Assembly (NCBI GenBank): GCA_043228905.1
Contig: JBHGNT010000005.1
Span: 3,596,001 to 3,660,000 of the forward strand
Direction: 5' to 3'
DNA length: 64,000 nucleotides
Origin: Azolla caroliniana
Taxonomy: Eukaryota > Plantae > Polypodiophyta
Part shown: in pieces, positions 12,901-25,258 of the stretch
Numbering within the stretch: the stretch's first letter is position 1
Layout: the number at the start of each line of letters is the position of its first letter
The notes under the pieces: generated by a model
Told to the model about the DNA's origin: nothing
Database searches by the model: none
What the model saw: only the letters and a program-made list of their open reading frames with translations
Translations under genes and position numbers: made by a program

Positions 12901-15849
12901 TAGTAATATGTGCAATGCATTCAATAAACCATTCATGGACAACATTACGGGCCATCCCCAAATAAACTATCGACATACATACACTTGGAGGTTGCCTTTG
13001 ACTAATGGGAACATATATGATGGTTTTCAAAGTAGAGCACATTAAACAATCTTGGCGCTTTGGATTGGACAAAGGAAATATAGTTAACAAAGGTATATAA
13101 ATCAAAAGATAAGGAAGCACAAAATGAAAAAAGATTCATGTCATGGGTGGCGTGAAATGGTTCCCCATGTGATTGTGGAGTCATGAACGACTTTGTAATG
13201 GGGCAAGGATTAGAGGGACCAGATTGTAATGCTGCAAAACATAGTTCATAGGCATAATGTGTCATCCAATTTACAACTTGGATGGGCTAATCATTGTTCA
13301 TGTGGTGTTAGCTCTATTATAATTAATGTTTATAGGTGTATCCCACCTAAAGTAATGTGTGAAATGTTGGAAACAAAACACCCACATTCCACGATCTCCA
13401 TGACTTGTGAGTTACAATAATAACTAAATAAGGATGTTTGAGCATTAGTTTTTATTAGAAAGCAAAACTATGTATATTGAGATTGAAACTTGAATTACCA
13501 TAGTTGGAATATATAATAATATGAAGTATGTGTTGCATATATGAAAGTCATTGCTTGATGGAAGTAATGAATCGAAGAGGCCTATAAAAATGAATTGCCT
13601 TGTAAGGAACAAGTATTTCTCTAGCGATGTTTACATAGATGGAGTTGCTTGTTGATATATTGTCACAATCAATGAAAAGTCCTTCCACCATTTCTATGAG
13701 GTGTATGCACAAATAGAGAAAACAATTCTTTAGATTTACTGTGGAATTGACCCCTTATATGAGAGTATGCTTCCAACAAGCAAGTACCCATTGCTTGGAG
13801 CTATAGTTTTTTCTTTGTCAAAATTCGAAAGTTGTTTTGACTTTTTACCAAAATACATGAGCCTTTTGTTGTTGGATTCAATAACCCCCAAGCCCTTTGT
13901 TGTTGTATATGTTGTACGTGTCTCATATTATACATATAATAATCCTCTGTGGTGTTTTAAGGTTTCCCACAATGTAATATAATGCATTACTAGAGATGAA
14001 TAGGTAGAGAGGCCAAGAGTTTGCTACGCTTTATGTGTCATGTAAATTACGAAAAGTGATATATGGTGCAACAAAGATATCTAAAAGCCAAAGGTTAAAC
14101 CCATCACGTTTATAGCAAATTAGTTTACTCGTAAGCTATAACAATTGTGAAAAGTTCAAACTGGAGAGAGATTGTTTGGAAATCGCAAGGTCGTTAGTAC
14201 GATAATACTAAAGTGTCATGTATTAGTGTAGGAGATGTGACATATGATGTAGCAAAGGTTTGTGGAGCTAAGGGTTCAAAACCATGAGCTTTGTGTCGAC
14301 ACTCCAATATCTTTGCATTGAGGTAAAAGTGTGAGATGGGCGAGAGGAAATGATGAGATAAAAATAGCGAGACAAAGTCCGCTAGGAGATGTGTGTGTGT
14401 GTGTGTGTTTGGGCCATCCAAACTTGTTGTGATTGGCTAAAAGAACGTGAGATGGTTGTTGTTCATGCGAGCTGACTGAAAGAACGTGAGGTGGTGGATA
14501 TACACATGCGGCCTTGCACCCCATAAAAAGGGAAAGGGAAGGAACACAAAATCCAAGCGCTTTAATTTTAATTCTTTCTTAGTTAACATCCAACATTACT
14601 AATAAAAACCCCTTGCATGACAAACCGTTGCTGACCCAAAAGGAAAAGAGGATATGGGCGATATGGGCGGGGGACAGGTGTGAACACAAAGCTACAGAGC
14701 CTCGCCTTCCCTATCTCAATCATTCCATTTTATAAAAGAAAAGTAACAGCATGTTCCATAGTACTACTTATTTAGTAGTAAGTACTCTTGGCTGCTTTTG
14801 GTTTCAATCACACAAGAAGTTAATGCTAGATAAGGTAAGCAGTAAATTAGATAACGAGGAAGTGATGATCCATCATTGGGTTTAATCGCAGAAATAGTTT
14901 GATGTCGAACGCTCTGAATGAATTGCATGTATGCATGCATCCTAATGGGGGATTTGGGGTGTAATATATGTATATCAATTAATTAATGGTGTATTTAGTA
15001 TTATGATATTAACATATGCATAGGGTTCATTTAAGCAGCCAATCATTCATCATGATGCTCATAGGCCCCATCCTAAGAGGTCATCAAATAAATCATGGTG
15101 ATGTTGTCATTGTATCTCGTATTATTAAAAGTTATTAAAAAGGGGGGGGGGATTCATTAAATCCATCGTGATGGTTCAATCCATGGCATGATCCATCCAT
15201 CCATGGACATGTGTCATGGACATGGACATGGACATGTGTCATGCAAAACCATGGCATTACGCATCCATAAGGTAGGTTTATGGACAGAGATAGATTTCTT
15301 AAATGACAGCCCTTTCTTTATTTGCTTCATTAAATTATTGTGCTTATTTTATCATAACAAAACGTGAGCATTTTGTATTTTCTTGTTTGTTTGTTTTTTT
15401 TTACCTCCCCTCCCGCCCCAATTACAACACAACAGCGGGGGCTGCTTCTGATAAACTTAAAAACTATTCTCTCGCGATTTTTTAATTATGCATAATTGGG
15501 TTAAATTAAAAGCATGTGTGTACTTGCCTCGACAAACAAGAAATGAAAAATGTGAAGGGCGAATTAAGAAGAAGAAGAAGAATGAGGCGAGCGTAATTAG
15601 ACACTAATCAAGCCCTAATTAAAACAAAGAGCCTAATAATCACTAGTCCTATTTACACATCGATTAGTGCCGTTTTTGGGGGGGGGGTTTAATTCATTTT
15701 AAAGAAAAATACGATTAGTTATTTTATTTATTTTCTCGTTCAATACATTTTAGTTTAATTAATTATAATATCTATTATATATAAGTGTGTATACGCGCAC
15801 ACCCTTTTTCTCGTGCCATTCTTTTCCATTCATTCCTTCTTCTTTTGTC

Positions 15850-15882
<33 letters not shown>

Positions 15883-15978
15883 TCGTTCGATTTTTTCTGC
15901 AGCTTTCCGGACGCACAAGGGACCCCGGTGTTCCGCCATAGCCATAGCCATAGCCATAACCCTAACCCTAACTTCGCC

Positions 15979-17184
15979 ATGGTCTTCCATTCTTCTTCTG
16001 CCTCTTTCTCTTCCTCCCTCTCCCATTCCCGCTTCTCCTGCGCTGCCTCGTCCTCTTCTGCTTCTGCTTCTTCCTCCCCCTCTTCCTCCCCGTCTCATCC
16101 GCCTTTCTCCGACTGTAGCCGAAGAGGCATCTTTGCCGCGAATAACACGCATTCCAGTCAGTATGCAGCCCCTTCCACCGTGCCTTTCTTGTGGGAAGAA
16201 AAGCCTGGCGTTCTGAAGCGAGTGCAGGGAGATCAAAACCCTTCCCGTTTGTATAATGCACTGAATGGAGATCACCGCACCGATAATGGAAACAGCAACG
16301 AAAATGGTGGGAGCAGCTATGGGCATGGAGGTTTCGATGGGAATAGCTGCGAAAGACGCAACGTAAATGGGAGGAATGGCGACGGCTGCTGTTATACTAG
16401 CTACGATAATGAAAATGCTAAGATTCTGGATAGCCGTATTGGCTTACAAAACTTTTCCCATTCTCATGGAAAGGGCCATAGCCATGGGAGATCATCTGCA
16501 GTGTTTCAAGAACAACCGCGGCTCAGACTTCCTCCCCGCTTGTTAGCTCCCGATCATGAAGATCATGTGACGGCAATGAAGGAGCTATCCACGACGGTAA
16601 CGTCTGGACGTACTCATCGCAGGAATTCTAGCGGTTCATCTATTTCTGCAGAGAATAGTCGGAGAAAGCATCGTATGTATGGAAGTAGTATTACTTCTCA
16701 GAGAGGGCTCTCTATGGATGATGATCCGTTCCTGCTTGCGTTCATGGTATGTAAAAATGAAGAAAAATCATTCTCGGAAACGACTAATTCTGCAACAACG
16801 AGGATCAGTAAGTCAATACATTTAGAAGAACAAGACATGCACTTTGATCAGTGTATACCCCGCATGAACAACGGCAAGCTATCCATGAAAGCTGCGTTTT
16901 CAGGGAAAATGAGTAGAGAAAGGAAGCTTCATAATGTAAGAGGAAATGGCCCGGCAGTGGAAGGTAGCTCCAAGGAGACAAAATGTAAAAGCTTGCCGAA
17001 TCATGCTAAACACAACGTACCGTTATGTTCTTCTTCCTCCTCCTCTGCGGTAGTCGACATCTCTTGTGCTTACCAGCATGTGGTCAAGAGCTACAAAACG
17101 AAGACAAGATTATTCCCTGATCTGCTTGGCTGCAGAACGGATAATGCACGCCTTCTGCCATTCCAGCCAACACCATTGCACTAG
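15979..17184 (+). CDS. Single-exon uncharacterised plant protein, DUF688-like (about 401 aa)
   Basis: Long open frame. First ATG is at 15979 in a good context (gccATGG); the ORF-track start at 15787 is a GTG within a CT-microsatellite leader. Contains the VPFLWEEKPG motif typical of DUF688-type proteins and a DDDPFLLAF motif; otherwise Ser-rich and low complexity. Confidence 0.8.
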   Translation: MVFHSSSASFSSSLSHSRFSCAASSSSASASSSPSSSPSHPPFSDCSRRGIFAANNTHSSQYAAPSTVPFLWEEKPGVLKRVQGDQNPSRLYNALNGDHRTDNGNSNENGGSSYGHGGFDGNSCERRNVNGRNGDGCCYTSYDNENAKILDSRIGLQNFSHSHGKGHSHGRSSAVFQEQPRLRLPPRLLAPDHEDHVTAMKELSTTVTSGRTHRRNSSGSSISAENSRRKHRMYGSSITSQRGLSMDDDPFLLAFMVCKNEEKSFSETTNSATTRISKSIHLEEQDMHFDQCIPRMNNGKLSMKAAFSGKMSRERKLHNVRGNGPAVEGSSKETKCKSLPNHAKHNVPLCSSSSSSAVVDISCAYQHVVKSYKTKTRLFPDLLGCRTDNARLLPFQPTPLH

Positions 17185-19872
17185 GTTTTTCACACGTGTT
17201 AAGTCCTTTCTAGACCAGTTTTGCTTTGAAAATGTAGATCCCATTGAGAACCATAAGTTCTGCAGATTTCCCAAGCATGATGCAGATGATATATATTTTT
17301 AGTCGTGGTTTGGCCAATGGATTCATGTATATGAGGTAATTATCATGTGTGACATATGTTTACTTTTAGCGTCAGCGTTCAATTCCGCATGCAGTATTAT
17401 TGTGTGGAATTATTGCTCATTTCCTCACATGATATGACAGAATATACATAAATAGTATGCAATGCATATCTATCCTCCCATGGCTATATCTTCATGTCTG
17501 GTACAGAAATACTGCGAATTTCAGTTCCAGCACACAGTACCATCTAGAAAATATACATTTTGCATTTATTATCCATGCAATCTCTCATGTCGATGTACAT
17601 ATGTATCTGTCCGGGGAATCATGAACGAATGATCAGTACATCTTTCTGTAGCTGCATTTTCCAAGTACATATTAGCTGGGAATCGAACTTCCTCCGATTG
17701 CCCATGTTTACCTGCATTCATTTCCATTTTTCATTTCATTAAAGAATTACCTATGGATTCCCTTTTCCTCTCGTGGATTTGTTTCCCTACTGGTGCTCAG
17801 GTTTCAGATTGTCTCCCATCCTCGCTCTTGTAATATTTGTTGAACCCCATTCTAAGACTTTTCTTTCCCTAATTCCTACAGAATATTATTAATGTGTTGG
17901 GATATGATTCATCCACGTTTCATTGACAGACAGATAACAGCTCCGTTATTCCCCGTTTTTTAATATTCGCTAACAGCATCGTGTACATTCAGTACGTGAT
18001 CGATGATAGTAATCCACATCCTTCTTCTTCTTCATCTTGTTTTCTGTACACATGTTCTTTCGTATACATATCTCATATATCGATACTCGTTGGACAAATT
18101 TCTTCTTCTTTTTCTTCTTCGTCCATGGACATTACTCTCCGGTCGAAGGTAGAGTCTGTTTTGGACAATTTCTTCTGTGGAGGGGCAGCAAAGATCAAGA
18201 TCTGCTTCATCGTATTCTTCTACTACCACTACTTCTGGTTCATCATCATCTTCTTCTTCTTCTTCTACTACTACTACTTCTGCTATGAACAATGGACATA
18301 ACTTCCTTTTCCGGCCAAAGGAGTGGAATTTGGCGCTTGTTTATGTCGATACAAGACGTTTATCTGTTTTGTTTCTCGATATACATAATATGTATATATA
18401 CCTGGACTCCTGGTTCGTTATGTAAATAGCGTGTGATTGTACCCCTAATCATTCTTTTTGTGACATGAGATTCACTTCTCATAGATCATCATCTATGAAT
18501 GAACGTTTGAGCTTTGGGTTATATTTACCCTTTCCTTCCTTAGGGTAAGGTGTAACATGTCTATGTATTAATCAATGGTGTTTTTTGCGCCAAGTATGAA
18601 CCAAGAAATCCGAGTCTTGGGTCTCACATCGTGGATGTGAAGGAAATGTATATCTTTTGCCAAAGAAGAATGTAATTCTATAGTGATTTTCTTCGTGGGT
18701 GAGATATTATCAGTGTCTTCTTTTACAATGCCTTTGCGATCAAAATATCTAGGTCATCTCGAGCAAGATCAAGATGGAGAGAGTATGGTGTCATTGTATG
18801 ATCTTAATTTCCTTCCATCCCATGTGAAGTGGGCCAAGTGTCATAATCTCTCTTTCTATGTAAAAAGTTGTGCAAGGAGTATTTGTTCATGCCATGCTCT
18901 TAATATTTTACTTCTCACCCATAACGATGATTCTTTCTTTTTGCGTGTGAAAAGTTGTGAAAGGAGTACTTCTTCATGCTACACTCTTAATATTTCTTCT
19001 TTTCATACATCAATGATCACGTAATAATTTTCTAAGCATAATAGCTGACATCTTGAAGCATATACAATGAGGCAAAAACTGTAACTATTTAACTTTAGAG
19101 CTTCTCCAAGCTTAACTAGTAAACTTTAGACACTATGCTCTCTTTGCAAACTGATTTACACCATTTCATTTCAATAAAGTTTTCTTAGAATTTCGTGTGT
19201 GCTCTTTTGGATCTAAGCATTAATTGTAAAATAATTGAAATTATAATCAGTAAAAGGTTGTAGTTTTGTACATGCATTTGAGTTGTCCTAGCATTAATGG
19301 GATTGATTCCTTTTATGGATTATTAGGTTATTTTTCCTTGGGTCATGGTATACCGCCTTGTAAACTTAATTCATTCACCATATATTCTTGAAGTGGATCT
19401 TGAACTTTGAGTAAATTTCATATATTTTAACCATTACAATGAAAACTATCCTATATTATCCAAAAACTTAGTGACCTCAACTTAATTCAAGAGAGAAAAA
19501 ACTAGTGGTGATTGCAATATAAAATGCTCGCATGCAACCCATTTGGTTGAAGACAACAATTGCTCTTTGAGGAAGAACAAATTTGATAATATGGTGGAGA
19601 TGTCATTAGTAAGGCTGATTTCACCCCTCTTCATGTTAGCATGTATTGATACAAATGATAGGGAGGACCCCAATGTGAGTGATGCATTTGCCATATTCAT
19701 GTGATATCGTTAGTAGAAGTGTAAAAACCATCGAAGTATTAAAAAGAAATGCATATCTAAATAATTCAATAACACACTTGCATGCATTGTTTGGAGCTTT
19801 TCCAAGAGTGGAGATTGTAGACCCTACTATCAAACACTAATTACTCTAGAAAGAATGGAAATCCAATGCAAG

Positions 19873-20278
19873 TAACAATCGACAATGGTTCAGTTCGAGA
19901 GGGTCAAAACCAAACCGTTTAAAATTTTAGAAACCAGAACCAAATTGAACCATGAAATTGTTTAACCGAACCATTAAAAAAAATTCAAACCGTTAAGCCA
20001 TTAAATGAGTAAAATCGCGGTTTCATGGTTCTATTTCGGTTTTTAGCTTAGGTCAAAATTTAAAATATTTCATTATTTAAAATTTCAAAATTTTAAAGAT
20101 TTTCCTAAAATGTGAGAATAAGGCATGAAAATGAAAAGATTGTTGAAAAACAAATTTTTTTAAAAAAAATTAAATAAAAACTAAAATAATAATAATAAAT
20201 AAATAAATATATATATCCGTTAAACCGTTAAGCTGCAGTTTCGCAATTCGGTTTGGTTCAAACCGTTGCCGTTTGTTA
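19873..20278. mobile_element. hAT-type MITE, complete copy (406 bp)
   Basis: Imperfect TIRs TAACAATCGACAATGGTT / AACCGTTGCCGTTTGTTA, subterminal AACCG/GGTT repeats, AT-rich core, perfect 8-bp TSD AATGCAAG (19865-19872 and 20279-20286). Confidence 0.92.
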
Positions 20279-22163
20279 AATGCAAGTAACAAAATTCTAT
20301 TGTAAGTTGGCATGTTTTGTGTGTGTATACCACATGCATCAGAAAGATTGGATGAGAGAACGTGTGGATGAGAGGATATGTGGACAAAAGGGCGAGGATA
20401 TGAATCAAGGATTGTAGAAAATATGCACAATGCAAACATTACCTCACAAGAAAACGAGCAACCGACAAGAGAGGATCAAACAAGATGGTTAGGAAAGGCC
20501 AAGATCCATGTACTTAAGGCAGGTGACAAATAAAGAAGATGATGGCAAAACAATTATCAACGTGCTACTAATGTCTCAAGACCAATATTAATTTACTCGA
20601 GATCAACCAAAGTGAAACCCACCCCTTTTTTATACATATTACATAAATAATGAATGCATGGGTTAGGCATGTGACCTCGCATGACATTACAACCGTTAAA
20701 GTTGTATCACTCTCAAGACTTTACAAAATCACTATTTAGACTTTTGTAATTTTCACAATTGTTCAGAGATTGGACATGAGCATGGATGAAGGGATGAGTG
20801 GAAGACGAGAAAGAGAAAGAGATCAAATGAGGGGACGAGAAGGAGAGTGGATTCATGCAATAACAATTTGTGGAGCGAAATCCAATGGGCAAAGTTGAAA
20901 GAGGCAAGAAACGTAAAGGAAGGGAGATAAATGATAGGAGCAAGAGTGGCGTTCAAGAGGAACTCCAGGAAACCCCTCATTTTATGCATTATGTAAGTTT
21001 GACTCTTGAGCTTAACTTTTTGTCCCCTAAAAATAGGAACCAATGTGTGCACTGTGAACATGAACTATGTTTTTTTCCCTAAAGACGGAGAATTATGTGC
21101 AAGCCTAAACAATGTATTAGTTTTCCTAAAATAAAGATTTAATGTGTGAGGTGAACTCTCCTCTTTCCCTAAGATTAGAGAATCCATTTGTGCGTACCAA
21201 TCTTTTCATAAAAATAGAGATTCATAAAAATAGAGAATCGAGGTGAGCGTGAACTTTACTCTTTTCCTAAAAAACTAGAGAATCTATGTGTGAGTATGAA
21301 CCCTACTTTTTTTCCTCTAGCAATTGATTATACAATACAACGACACTATTTGTACATTCTAAAATTCTTGGTTAGCAACGATTTCAAAAGGAGCAGGTTA
21401 ATGTGGGTGCTAAAGATGCTACTCGCAAACTACATCTTTTGCATAGTCAATATGTTTGATCAACTCCCAAATGACTTATGACATTGAGTAGGCCTTCCAT
21501 TACAGTAGATATTAGAGTAACTACGTAAACTTTACGAATCTAAAATTTGTTCAACCTCGTACTTGTATTCATTCCCAAATTCCACCAAGGGGGTTGCATT
21601 AGCTAGCAATTGGGGATTGTGATTTTCATGGTATGGTTCCAATATTATTGTGTGTATTTTGGGGAGGCAATTTTTTGGTGTTTTGGTATTTGGGGGTGTT
21701 CTTGGTCTTCATGTCACCTAGCATGCATGTAAGCCATAGAAATATGTCTTGTTGTATCTCTTCGAGTCTTTATGATATTTATTCCGAACAAGTGGTACCA
21801 CACCTATTCACATATCCACTTTGGTCTTAGATATTTTCTAACAATGAAATCATCTCGATCAAGAAGTTCACAATGTTGTTCTAGTTAACTCAAAAAGGGG
21901 TTAGAGTTGGACCCAATGATCATGTTGATAGCTTATGTTAAAGTACAAAATATGTTTGAGATTCTAATTGATCCATATGTTTGTCCCTTGCTCTAAGGAT
22001 TAAATGTTTACGAGGGCTTGGCTAAGATTTTGATAAGTTCGGACAAGTGCTTCGAGAACCTCAAAATAAACTACGGCTTGGGATTGATTATATATGAAGT
22101 CATTTGGATTTTTGTGAAGGTGGGTAATATTCAAGAGCATCTAATTTAAGTTGTGGGCTTATC

Positions 22164-24094
22164 TAGCAATTAGCAACAAGTGTGTTTCGTTTGAGAGTCT
22201 CAACCTCAAACCGTTTAAACTAATACCATTCAAACCAATTGATTTGATGGATTTCCAAGCTAAAAAAAACGATTACAAAGATTTACAAATAGTAAAGCGT
22301 TAGAGGCATAGTTTCATGGTTTGATTTCACACATAAGAGATCAAAACCAGTCTACTTCGCTTCTTACTTCTTAATCAATTTATAGTTGATACAACGGAAC
22401 CCATTTGGGTTGGCTTGGCTAAACATGGTGTGCTAAAAGGGTGGGTCAACTTGAGCAAACGCATCCTAAAAAGGGTGAGCTAAAAGGGTGGCACAAAGGA
22501 ACACATGCACACCACATTTCCCCCCTGTGAGAAACAAGAGATTGAGGGGCATGAACAAGAACAGGACATGTACATGAACATGAACATGAACAAGAACAAG
22601 AACAAGAACAATGGCTTGTCGAAGGAGGGGGAGCATCTTATAACAAGTTTCAAATGGAAATCCATCGATAATTCTAGTGCGAGGCGAGGATTACGCCCAT
22701 AAAGTGCTCGAAAAGGGTTGATTTATGCAGCCATCTCGTGTTTGAGGATCTTCTTGAGGCGTTCGGTGAAGATGGCGTGGGGATGTAAACATCAATGGAC
22801 ACGTAGTTGAGTTGCAACGAAGTTGAGGACATCCCCGTGGAAATGTTGGCCTTGATAGTTGGACGAGGCTAGTGACGGAAAGCGAGCTAGCAATCGGCGA
22901 ATAGAGATCAATCACTCCTGGGGACTGAGGGCCACCTGGACTTTGCTGAGGTGGGGGACAGGAGGGCTATCGTGTCGGAGGGGGATTGAGGAAAGATCAT
23001 ATGGCGGCGAAGATCAATCGTTCCTATGGACTGAGGGCCACCCAGACTTGGCTGAGGTGGGGGACAGGAGGGCTATCGTGTCAGAGGGGGGTCGGGGAAA
23101 AGATCATTTGGCAAAGAAAGATCAATCACTCTTGTGGTCTAAGGGCCACCTGGACTTGGCTGAGGTGGGGGTTAGGAGGGCTATCGTGTAGGAGGGGGAT
23201 CGGAGAAACTCGTGGGACATGAAGTTAGTGGGCAACCTAAGGTGAGGGGGAAGAGTTGGTGGGGCAAGACATAAAAGTGGTGGGAGAAAGTGAGAGTGTC
23301 TAAGGTGAAGGTGTAGTGGGCTTACGTGCTAGAGAGGTATAGATGGCGATCGGCAAAAAATGACTTGGATGGAGGAAGCGGTGGATATCGGGAGGCCTAA
23401 CTAGTGAACGAAGGCGGTGCTAATAGAAGAGATACTACTACAAGAGACTAACAAGAGTGTCGGTGATGGTGGCGAGGGCGATGCTACCTACGACGCGGAA
23501 GAGGCGGATGTTTGGATGTGGGGGACTGGTACCCGTCATCTCCACCAAGATGTGAAATGCACATAAGAGATCAAAACCAATCTACTTAGCTTCTTACTTC
23601 TTAATCAATTTATAGTTGATACAATGGAACCCATTTGGGTTGGCTTGGCTAAACAAGGTGTGCTAAAAGGGTGGGTCAACTTGAGCACACGCATCCTAAA
23701 AAGGGTGAGCTAAAAGGGTGGCACAAAGGAACACATGCACACCACACCGCCACACTATTGCACAATTCTTTAACAAAGTGTTTTTCAACCAAGAGTTTCT
23801 TGCTTATAATATGAGGAAAGAAGAAAATATTGGAGATCTCAAATGTTATGAACTAGTACCGTTAATGGGCTATAACTCTTACCTTCATAAAGTTAAATAA
23901 TATTTACGAAATATTTCAAAGATATCTTGTTACCCTTTGAAGTTGGTCGAATTGCAAAGCGCTAACAAAAAACACTCAAACGAAACCACACCAACTTTTT
24001 TACAAATTTCTAAATTTGAACCGAACCAATTAAATCGTCATGATGTAGTTTTGAGGGTTTGGTTTGACTCAAACCAAAACATTGTCAATTGCTA
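22164..24094. mobile_element. Old diverged copy of the hAT MITE family, split by an LTR element
   Basis: Ends TAGCAATTAGCAAC / CATTGTCAATTGCTA with AAACC/GGTTT subterminal repeats at 22164-22330 and about 23960-24094. TSD not recoverable. Confidence 0.55.
22330..23746 (-). mobile_element. Short non-autonomous LTR retroelement (TRIM-like gypsy deletion derivative)
   Basis: Near-identical direct repeats 22330-22516 and 23551-23746 (about 190 bp; TG...CA on the minus strand for the right copy). PBS TGGTGGAGATGACGGG just inside the 5' LTR, PPT AGGGGGGAAA before the 3' LTR, integrase relic INPFRALYGRNP near 22690-22725, three internal ~115-bp tandem repeats at about 22905-23210. Confidence 0.88.
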
Positions 24095-25085
24095 GTTTTC
24101 TTCACTTTAGTGAGCCCTCTATGAGCCCATGATTTGTTTGCCTCCACCAACTTCCTCAAAGCTAAGGTTCCATCGACTCCTTGAGATTAGTTTTAGTTCC
24201 CAAAGTGAACTCCCCTTTCATTTACCCATGGAATTGACACTTCAAACGAGAGATGAGGCCTATGACTAACAAGATTGCTCAAAAAAATTAATGTATACAA
24301 CCTCCCTTTGGATGGCTCAAGGATCAAATATATTGTTGTGGCAATGAGCTCCAATCCATTGGCTAGAGAGATTGAATTTGACCATGTTATTGGCAAGGTA
24401 GGACGAAGGTTAAGTGAATCAAACCATGTTATTGAAAAATGAGAACGTGGACAAATTCACATGCTTGATGCTTGGCATGGTTACCTCAAATTAGGCACAA
24501 CCACTGTCGTTTTTTGTAAAGGAGCAACATGGGACACATGGATGATATCGCGCGTTCCTTATATGGTATCATGGCTAGTGCCATGATGCAACTATAAGGG
24601 ATTTGTCATATCAAGGTGCTTATCTCACATGAAGGTTTGCTTAGCCCTCACATGTAAGGTTGGTCACAAAGGAGAAATATGGCACTGAAATGATTTGATT
24701 CCTATGCTTGATTGAACCTCATCAATCCCTGAGCTGACCACAATACACATGCCTGTGTACAAACAACAAAATAGCCCACAAAGACGATATAGATTATGCA
24801 CACAAAGACACAGGGGGCACACACACACACACATACATATGCAGCTGTTATAGTTCTCGTTAGGGTTGTATTAAAAAATTTCCCGACCATGCTCGCATTG
24901 TGCACCGAAAAGTGAGATTGATGGGCAGCATTTTTTGTGAGTGGATGGGATGGGATGGGACGGGACGGCCAACCGAACGAACAAGAGGTGCGGGTGCGTT
25001 TTTCTGGATATGGAACGAACACACTACTCAACTATCCATGTATGTATCATCAGTATGTACCAAATATGTATGTATAGCATATGCT

Positions 25086-25179
25086 GGGACAGGGACAGAG
25101 ACAGAGACAGAGACAGAGACAGAGAAACAGAGATAAATCATAAGAGACAAGAGAAACAGAGATAAAAGAGACAGAGACA
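25086..25179 (+). repeat. (GGGACA)2(GAGACA)4 hexamer array plus three further GAGACA copies upstream of ATP sulfurylase
   Basis: Directly visible 80-170 bp before the first ATG. Confidence 0.85.
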
Positions 25180-25258
25180 GAGAGAAGGGGAAAGTTACGT
25201 GGCCCCGCCTCGCCCTCGCCTTTGCCTCCAGAGTACCCCCCTGCGCTGCCTCAGTATC

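Noticed and set aside
11100-14550. Possible additional TE relics (zinc-finger-like and LTR-like patches)
   Set aside because: Too degenerate to classify by eye.
15957-15972. (CCCTAA)2 telomere-like motif
   Set aside because: Only about two units within a hexamer-slippage leader.
15787-15978. N-terminal 64 codons of the 465-aa ORF
   Set aside because: Starts at GTG and runs through CT and hexamer microsatellites; more likely 5' UTR.
15775-16326. Antisense and alternate-frame ORFs over the DUF688-like gene (similar ones over PPR, FAX and ATP sulfurylase)
   Set aside because: Shadow frames of low-complexity or repetitive coding sequence.
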